Shown piece after piece: positions 33,501 through 39,094 of a stretch of DNA of 64,000 nt. The notes below the pieces were generated by a model. That model was not told the DNA's origin. It searched no databases and worked only from the letters and a program-made list of their open reading frames with translations. How positions within the stretch are numbered: the stretch's first letter is position 1; the number at the start of each line of letters is the position of its first letter. Origin of the DNA: a virus (lineage: Duplodnaviria; Caudoviricetes); IMG/VR virus record IMGVR_UViG_3300031555_004297; one strand, 5' to 3'. Position numbers and translations under genes: made by a program.

Positions 33501-34325
33501 AAGTTCAATCGACGAAGGGGTTACAGTTAGAATATCTCTAATCTTTTTTCCTCTCATAGTCTTTTCAAGAAACTCGTCATTGAGTTTTGTCATTCTTGAA
33601 GTTCTGGCTGCATTAAAAGTAGGAGTATTGGAGTCTTCTTCCTCAAGTTCAGCAAGAAGTCTTGCGATATTCTCATCGTCTTCAAGCTGATTCCAGGCCT
33701 CTTCCTCATCTTCAGAGTTCTCGGCAGCTGTTGTAATAGCATCCACAAGTTCAGCTTTCTTGTCTTCAATTTCTTTCTCTTTAATAGCAGGTTTTTCTAC
33801 ATCTTTAACAGGTGATTTTGTAGGAGCTACAAAAGTCTTGGTCATTACAAGAGGAGCAGCTTCCTCTTTATCAATAAGCTCTTCGAGAAGCTGAATTACA
33901 ATCCTATATTCTGTAGCTTTATATTCATCAGCGATAAGAGCAAAGTTCTTTTTATCCGCATTATAAAAAATAAAAGTAATGCCATTAAACTTCAATCTGA
34001 AGTCAGAAGGAGATTGCTTCATATATCTACAAATAGTCCCAATAGGATTATGAGCTTCTTCCGCTCTTTCTCTATTGATTCTAAACCATGCACTTACAGG
34101 AACAGAGATAATTCTCTGATGATATGCTCTAATAGCATCACAGTATTTCGATAGGGTTTCAATATAAGAATTATCATTCTTATAAGTAATATTAGATAGA
34201 TTAATAATTGCACTTCTTCCATTAAGTTCCTTAACAGAATCTGTTGTACGTTTGATACCCTTTTTCTTTAAACGCGCTGCTTGCTCATCACTAAGAGCAG
34301 CTTCATTAATATTGATTTCACTCAT
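30525..34325 (-). CDS. rpoB: DNA-directed RNA polymerase beta subunit (virion-type, phiKZ gp178-like)
   Basis: DDPFRSAMTFIQ, GFEDS, VGDKVVAQSANKGVV and SFNARM motifs; late promoter 34348-34359. Confidence 0.9.
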   Translation of the reverse strand: MSEININEAALSDEQAARLKKKGIKRTTDSVKELNGRSAIINLSNITYKNDNSYIETLSKYCDAIRAYHQRIISVPVSAWFRINRERAEEAHNPIGTICRYMKQSPSDFRLKFNGITFIFYNADKKNFALIADEYKATEYRIVIQLLEELIDKEEAAPLVMTKTFVAPTKSPVKDVEKPAIKEKEIEDKKAELVDAITTAAENSEDEEEAWNQLEDDENIARLLAELEEEDSNTPTFNAARTSRMTKLNDEFLEKTMRGKKIRDILTVTPSSIELPSKHLKVDSINEEWSDMKFLNFQDNYDINSDIMRMLADLSKKTYPISIIDIKVEDTSTNMDYIDTYTVQTEDGFGKRASLVFDIPKFKSNRFMRLRGNEKVMSGQLMLLPCLKTDEDTVQCVSNYNKIFIRRHGLKGRSYPSSDVLNKALHKFTTLYKGNKDIKVWFGDNTAICSKYELPADYIDIASEVNRIETATSIYYFNQDEYYTTYKADPKQGLPYAVNKYDNSIRYFDGEGDTNLVSLQIMKELGSISADFRELYTAIKPASRLNYSEASLMANKIPLVVVMGYTLGLNGVMKYCKGAKLLGEKTGKDPNEFGWIKFSDGYLIYPITYSNSMLLNGLATCPTEMYSIMDVDKRSMWLDFLDEFGGRILSDGLDNFVDCFIDPITEEVCNDCSIPSDYFGMLMYANNLLADNKYNRHTDISGNRYRTIEIVAGYFYKALSKAYTDYKTQVKRGRKVGISMKRSAVIDLVMEDPMSSDLSILNPLLEREAANSVSFKGLSGMNSDRSYGLDKRTYDDSMINKLALSTGFSANVGINRQTTIDMDIVGIRGYIKPTKKEEMSVTKSFGMTEAVTPFGTTRDDPFRSAMTFIQTSKHSMRTAKSAPLLITNGADEAMAHMASETFVVKAKETGRVVEVVPDQYMVVEYRKPVMTQEGETYTNEYIDLRENVKKNSDGGFYITLKLDTDLKENSIFKKDEILAYDKSSFSNKVGESDNPAYNIGVLAKVAIMNTDEGFEDSTSISSWLSEAMATNVVVEKDIDLSKNTNLYSIVKVGQEVQEGDPLIIFQNSFDEEDANALLKNITDPEYVSDLGRIRLKSKYTGVIQDIKIYRTCELEEMSDSLKKLVIPYEKEIKARKKKFQEYHAPGENMLEPDYKMQPTGPMKNNQDGVKIVFYIKYNDKLSVGDKVVAQSANKGVVKNIFPEGEAPFSEFRPEEDIHALFAARSFNARMVTSVWTSGAINKVMVELDRQVKDIMGIKPKSIEEIQ

Positions 34326-34413
34326 TTGGGCACCTCCCTAAAATATTTAATAATAAGTTCAGAGTGCAAAAAATAATGAGGGAGGAGCATAAAGCTCCTC
34401 CCAATAGGATTTG

Positions 34414-34986
34414 TTATGTATTTAAAAATTGGACTCCAGAGAACATACCAAGTTCTCTGGAGTTAATATAGTATTCTTCTTCATATGGTTCTAAGGGCTG
34501 TCCCCAAGAATATACTTTAATATTTTCTGAACCTTGCTTTATACGCTTAGGCATATCAGATGCTTTATAGCAAAGCGCATCTGATTTTACATTGAAATTT
34601 TCTTTATCTTCATAGCAAGCATCTTTAAGTGTCCATTGATGCTTTTTGCAGAAACCTAAAATGATCCTTCTATCGAGTTCATCGGTTTCACGGATTAATA
34701 GTTTGTGCTCATCTGGTTTAAAGCTCACGCCCCCATTCATATGAAGGACTATAGCTATATACTTCCCTGATTTAGGAAGTTTATAATAAACGTATGTATC
34801 ACGTCTATTACGGCTTGTGCCAATTTGTTTTTCGATTCTGAGTTCATAGTGAGGAATGTTTACAACATCATCTGGATTAGTTGGACGACTATCAGCCTCT
34901 CCACGAGCCCAGGCTTTTGGTATGTGAATGGCATACTCATTTAAAATTTGTTCATTATGGTTTTCTCTTATTACAGAATATATCAT
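34414..34986 (-). CDS. hypothetical protein, possibly capsid-packaged
   Basis: 190 aa; SD GAAAGGAGG; N-terminal MIYSVIRE...ILNE propeptide-like leader. Confidence 0.7.
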   Translation of the reverse strand: MIYSVIRENHNEQILNEYAIHIPKAWARGEADSRPTNPDDVVNIPHYELRIEKQIGTSRNRRDTYVYYKLPKSGKYIAIVLHMNGGVSFKPDEHKLLIRETDELDRRIILGFCKKHQWTLKDACYEDKENFNVKSDALCYKASDMPKRIKQGSENIKVYSWGQPLEPYEEEYYINSRELGMFSGVQFLNT

Positions 34987-35086
34987 GATATATCCTCCTT
35001 TCTAAAATTTGGTTTGAAACCATAATAAATATCAACAATAGAAAATTTGATTTTGTTTAAACCTCTCCTTTCTATAACATTATAAT

Positions 35087-35355
35087 AAGATAAACTCCTT
35101 GCTAGAATTTATCTGCTATATCTTTAGGGATACGAAGATAAACATATTCATATCTTTTACCTCGTTTCGGTAAAGATTTTTCGAAGCATGTTTGCTTTTG
35201 CGATAAAGGCATGAGTTCACATGTTTTGATCATTATCTATCATACTTTTTGGTATGCGTAGATACGCAAAGCTGCTAGTTTCATGAAACTTGTATTCGGC
35301 AGCGAAAACACTTAAAGCTAGACAGAATGTTGTGAGCATTCTGTCTAGATCTTTA
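35087..35355 (+). ncRNA. candidate small RNA 1
   Basis: late promoter 35076-35087; serial hairpins; 12-bp terminal stem 35318-35348; no SD-led + strand ORF. Confidence 0.5.
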
Positions 35356-35435
35356 TATTTATCATTTAATACAGCAATTTACCTCCTTTCAATGGAGATA
35401 TGTGATTATCTTTTATTGATAATCTTCATAGATAT

Positions 35436-35444
35436 AATATATAG
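35436..35444 (-). promoter_or_regulatory. early-type promoter TATATTAT
   Basis: CTATATTAT with upstream GTAAA, as at other copies of the motif. Confidence 0.55.
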
Positions 35445-35507
35445 CCAAAAATTGCTATATTTACATCATTTTTATAGGATCATAGAGAAAAGTCTGAACT
35501 ATATAAT

Positions 35508-35615
35508 AGGGATTCTTGCCACAATTCCTTGCTTTTCGTTCGTAAAGTCATAGTTTCAAAGTCCTTTCGTGCTGTGTACGAGCTGCGTGCGTTGCAGCTC
35601 GTACATGGATTTGTT
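35508..35615 (+). ncRNA. candidate small RNA 2
   Basis: late promoter 35497-35508; 5' hairpin; antisense SD+AUG segment 35548-35568; 12-bp stem 35575-35605. Confidence 0.6.
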
Positions 35616-35644
35616 AAAAATTAATACAGCTATAACTATTTTAT

Positions 35645-35747
35645 AATTCATTCAAATGCCATTGGATGATAAAGGAATTTCATTCATATCAGTTGCTCCA
35701 TTTTTGTCTACATACTCTTAGCTGAGTATGTAGACGCTCTTTTGTTT
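35645..35747 (+). ncRNA. candidate small RNA 3
   Basis: late promoter 35634-35645; 5' hairpin; antisense SD+AUG segment; 12-bp stem 35706-35735 plus T-run. Confidence 0.55.
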
Positions 35748-35762
35748 GAAAGGAGAATTTAT

Positions 35763-36578
35763 ATGCTTACACCAGTTTTAAATCCTTTATATGAGAATTT
35801 AAAGAAAGAGATAAAGCAATATGAGATAAATGAGCAATTATCATTTGATGAAACGCTCCAAGAATTAAGAAAGGACAAAGAAGATAATATTTATTCTATT
35901 TCTGGTCCAGATAAATATACTGGATCTGTATTTAGATCTAATAACTGTGGAGATTTTATGGTTACAGAATATTTCAATTATGATAAAATAGCCATAGTAT
36001 TTATGAATAGCGGATATAGAATGCTTGCTAGAGCTAATAATATCAATAAAGGTGAAGTCAAAGACCCTTATGCAAAATCTATTATGGGAGTTGGAAGTAT
36101 TGGAGTTGGCCCTTATAAAGTTGATGGTTCTCCATTTGAACGAATGATCTATTCTAGATGGAGAGGAATATTAGACAGATGCTATGTAAAGAAAGAACGA
36201 CGAAAAACAGTTCATTTTGAATGGCACAATTTCCAATACTTTGCTGCTTGGTTCACAGCAGAATTCTATTTGGTCCCATACAACACAATGTATGACATGG
36301 TAGTCGATAAGGATGTTCTAGTTCCAGGAAACGAAGAATATGGTCCTTATAGATGCCTGATACTCCCTAACTTTATAAATGCAAAAGTTCAGCTAAAAGA
36401 CTTCGAAATCGACAGAATTGAACGCCTTCAGAGCGGTACCATGACACAGTTTGAGATATTAAAGCTTTTTAAATATAAAGAAGAGAAAGAAGCCCGTATA
36501 AGATCCATGACGGAGGAATATCAAAATATTTTACCGCCGCATATATTTTTGGCAATTAAGAACTATAGAATGTTTTAA
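35763..36578 (+). CDS. free-standing HNH-like homing endonuclease family protein
   Basis: SD GAAAGGAG; YSRWRGILDRCY, EWHNFQYFAAWF and VDKDVLVPGNEEYGPYRCLILP motifs of phage HNH-like nucleases. Confidence 0.7.
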   Translation: MLTPVLNPLYENLKKEIKQYEINEQLSFDETLQELRKDKEDNIYSISGPDKYTGSVFRSNNCGDFMVTEYFNYDKIAIVFMNSGYRMLARANNINKGEVKDPYAKSIMGVGSIGVGPYKVDGSPFERMIYSRWRGILDRCYVKKERRKTVHFEWHNFQYFAAWFTAEFYLVPYNTMYDMVVDKDVLVPGNEEYGPYRCLILPNFINAKVQLKDFEIDRIERLQSGTMTQFEILKLFKYKEEKEARIRSMTEEYQNILPPHIFLAIKNYRMF

Positions 36579-36685
36579 GCTCTCCAAGATTTTCCAAAAG
36601 TCCTAAATGCACGTGCTTCAAGCGATATTATAATTTAAAAAGGAGTCAACTACTAAATAATTCCAATTAAAAGGAGGAATTTAAT

Positions 36686-36823
36686 ATGATTAAAATTCGT
36701 AACACCCCCCCCCCATGTCAGATTAGCGTAAAATCTTTCACGGGGCTCTCTTCCCGAGAGGTAGTTGGGGAACACAAATCAAATGATGTTAACCACATTT
36801 CAAAGAGGGGAGGTGTCCTGTAA
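36686..36823 (+). CDS. 45-aa leader peptide with a C10 tract, coupled (TAATG) to the DGR target gene
   Basis: late promoter 36648-36659; SD AAGGAGG; MIKIRNTPPPCQ...GGVL; stop 36821-36823 overlaps the ATG at 36823. Confidence 0.65.
   Translation: MIKIRNTPPPCQISVKSFTGLSSREVVGEHKSNDVNHISKRGGVL
36705..36714 (+). repeat. C10 homopolymer (candidate slippage tract)
   Basis: ten consecutive C in an AT-rich genome. Confidence 0.9.
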
Positions 36824-38223
36824 TGGGTCAGGCTTTAATTTCGCGTGGTGGTGGAGTTGGTGGTGCAGCAAAAGCTAAGGTGGAGATTATTGCTCCTCTT
36901 GGCGCAACACTTACGATATCCCAAGGCGATGTTGTCTTTACTAGAGAAGTAGAATCTTCTCCTGTGGAGATGAGCCTTGGGTATGGCGTTTGGACAATTT
37001 CTGCGTCCGGCGCTGCAACTAAAACCATCGATATTGATGTATTGAAGGTGTATGAAGTGAATGTAAGAGATGTAACTTATGGTATCAGTATTGATATGAG
37101 CAACGGCGCTCCTGCCGATGCTGTTACATATACTGATGATGCAGTGGGTTACTCCGCCCTGAGTTGTAACGATTCCACAGGTGCTTGTGATTACGGCAGC
37201 TGGGAAGGTGCAATTACAGGGATAATTGGATGTAAGCCTTGTCTTTATAAAGACGGTGCTCGTGTTGCATATCTCAATCCGAACAATTATGCTCAGCTTG
37301 AGAATGGCGGTGCCGCAGATATTACTTCCGGCAATGCTGGTGAAGTAATGGTTGAATTTAAGAAGACTTGGTATAAGTATGCAGTTTCTGGAGATACTTT
37401 GACTTTCCAGGTTGCCAACTACGATAGAACTGCAGATGGATTTGTCTGTTCTGCATTTAAGTCGAATGATGGCACTGCTACTGTAAAAGATTTTATGTAT
37501 TTCGGTGCTTATGAGGGCTATTCTGAAGGTGGAGATGATAAGTGTCATAGTTTGAGCGGTAAATCCGTTTGGAACAATAACTACTGGTCTTATTCTACTT
37601 TCAGAGATATCTGTAAGGCATTTGGCGCTAGTTATGGTATGGAAGACTGGGTTAAGAGATATTATATTCTCGGTTTGCTCATGCTTGTTACCAAGACTAG
37701 AGGTATTCAGGCCGCAATTGGAGATGGAAATGTCAATTCTGGAGATTTAATTAGTTCCGGATCTATGGATACTAGAGGCTTGTTCTATGGTATTAACGAT
37801 GATGGAAACACTGGCGTTAAAGCATTCGGAATTGAGCATCTCTGGGGTAATACTTATAGTTGGTGTGATGGTATCATTACTCTATCTGAATCGACTATTG
37901 GTCTTAAGGAGTGTGCTCCTTATAATGATAGTGGAGAAGGATATACTTCTGTTGCTGATGGAGCTACTAGAGGTTCATGGCAATATCCTACAAAGATGAC
38001 TCCTGTTCTTGGAGGAGCAGCAGTTGTAGCATCTACAACTCAGTCAGATTCTAACATTGGCTGGTGCGATGGCGTGTGTGTCGATGACTGCTCTGGCTAT
38101 GTTGCACAGGTTGGCGGCCACTGCAGCGCTGGTATTGGGGGTGGTGGCCCCTTCTGCGTCGTTATCGACTACAGCCCCAGCGACGGCAACGGCTATTGTG
38201 TGGGGCGGCTCGTTTCCGCCTAA
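36823..38223 (+). CDS. DGR target protein, receptor-binding/tail-fibre tip protein with C-terminal C-type lectin (CLec)-like fold
   Basis: 466 aa; GEVMVEF, YFGAYEG, FGIEHLWGNTYSWCDG and VGG...GPF...VGRL motifs; 3' end matches the TR. Confidence 0.9.
   Translation: MGQALISRGGGVGGAAKAKVEIIAPLGATLTISQGDVVFTREVESSPVEMSLGYGVWTISASGAATKTIDIDVLKVYEVNVRDVTYGISIDMSNGAPADAVTYTDDAVGYSALSCNDSTGACDYGSWEGAITGIIGCKPCLYKDGARVAYLNPNNYAQLENGGAADITSGNAGEVMVEFKKTWYKYAVSGDTLTFQVANYDRTADGFVCSAFKSNDGTATVKDFMYFGAYEGYSEGGDDKCHSLSGKSVWNNNYWSYSTFRDICKAFGASYGMEDWVKRYYILGLLMLVTKTRGIQAAIGDGNVNSGDLISSGSMDTRGLFYGINDDGNTGVKAFGIEHLWGNTYSWCDGIITLSESTIGLKECAPYNDSGEGYTSVADGATRGSWQYPTKMTPVLGGAAVVASTTQSDSNIGWCDGVCVDDCSGYVAQVGGHCSAGIGGGGPFCVVIDYSPSDGNGYCVGRLVSA
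38069..38223 (+). repeat. DGR variable repeat (VR)
   Basis: 155 nt, ungapped against 38594-38748; 26 mismatches, all opposite TR adenines. Confidence 0.97.
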
Positions 38224-38246
38224 TCCCTCGCCGAGTCAGGGGTGGT

Positions 38247-38272
38247 GTGGAGGGGACCACAGTCCCCTCCAC
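38247..38272 (+). other. DGR target-recognition hairpin/cruciform
   Basis: GTGGAGGGGAC-CACA-GTCCCCTCCAC, perfect 11-bp stem 23 nt after the VR; absent after the TR. Confidence 0.8.
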
Positions 38273-38276
38273 TACT

Positions 38277-38330
38277 CGACAATATGGCATAGCGAAGCGG
38301 CAGCGTAGCGTGCCATATTGTCGCCTTTTT
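38277..38330 (+). terminator. second hairpin, possible terminator after the target gene
   Basis: 13-bp stem CGACAATATGGCA/TGCCATATTGTCG followed by CCTTTTT. Confidence 0.6.
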
Positions 38331-38386
38331 ACATAAAATCTTACGATCTTACTTTTAAAACTTTCATAGAAAGGAGGATGGTAAAT

Positions 38387-38908
38387 ATGATTAAATTTAT
38401 TAATAACACTTGTATTTTTCATAAGATGAATAAATGTATACAGAATAAAATTGTTGTTTGTAAACTTACTAACTATTTAAATAGATCATGCAAACACATC
38501 GTTTCGTATTTGAATAGAACTAGTAAATTTATTCATAAGAGTGCTGGACGATGGCATCTTCTAGGGATAACGGAGAATCTCGTTCTGCGGGGTATGGCGT
38601 GTATGTCAATGACAACTCTGGCTATGTTGCACAGGTTGGCGGCAACTACAACAATGGTATTGAGAATGGTGGCCCCTTCTACGTCAATATCAACAACAAC
38701 CCCAACAACAACAACAACAATTATGTGGGGCGGCTCGTTTCCGCCTAAACCTATTCTGGACAATAGATCGATCTTGTCTATAGATCAAGCATTCTCGAGA
38801 GTGTTTTCTATTGCGGATAACTCCGATTCATCGAGTGTTACCAGTGTATATCTGAACTCTTTCTTGACTTCGAATTACAGGATGACTAAGAAGCATTGTA
38901 CAACATAG
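38387..38908 (+). CDS. uncertain 173-aa ORF reading through the TR
   Basis: strong SD AAGGAGG at 38371-38377, 9 nt before the ATG; no recognisable fold. Confidence 0.3.
   Translation: MIKFINNTCIFHKMNKCIQNKIVVCKLTNYLNRSCKHIVSYLNRTSKFIHKSAGRWHLLGITENLVLRGMACMSMTTLAMLHRLAATTTMVLRMVAPSTSISTTTPTTTTTIMWGGSFPPKPILDNRSILSIDQAFSRVFSIADNSDSSSVTSVYLNSFLTSNYRMTKKHCTT
38594..38748 (+). repeat. DGR template repeat (TR)
   Basis: AAC/AAT-rich copy of the VR (16 AAY codons), upstream of the RT gene. Confidence 0.97.
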
Positions 38909-39070
38909 GTGAATTCAACTCCGTTGAACCTTACCGGAAACGGTAAAATATTGCCCGTCTCGAGGTGGACTAGTAGCTTAAATGTCGAAGATCCGCTAGG
39001 GCTTGAATAGGGTTTAAACCTTATTCTAAAAGCTTAATAGACGAAAGACTTTAAGTCTTAGCAAAATAAA
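38749..39070 (+). ncRNA. structured 3' spacer of the DGR RNA
   Basis: TTACCG-GAAA-CGGTAA (38931-38946), TTCAAC/GTTGAA and AAGACTT/AAGTCTT hairpins between TR and RT. Confidence 0.65.
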
Positions 39071-39094
39071 TCATCTTAAGGAGGAAAATATTTT

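Noticed and set aside
35141-35152. Additional AACA-TATTCA-TA match inside sRNA1
   Set aside because: Could be a fourth promoter (a hairpin starts right at its +1), but it overlaps the anti-start-codon segment; ambiguous, so not counted
35000-35750. CRISPR array, tRNA or tmRNA in the non-coding regions (also 41190-41690)
   Set aside because: No identical direct repeats with regular spacers, and no cloverleaf or T-arm/CCA end found
36686-36823. Poly-C slippage producing an in-frame leader-target fusion
   Set aside because: In the C11 frame a TAG follows the tract and a TAA lies at 36790-36792, so no fusion is possible
38551-38748. 65-aa Asn-rich ORF identical in frame to the target C-terminus
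   Set aside because: It is the conceptual translation of the TR and has no convincing SD
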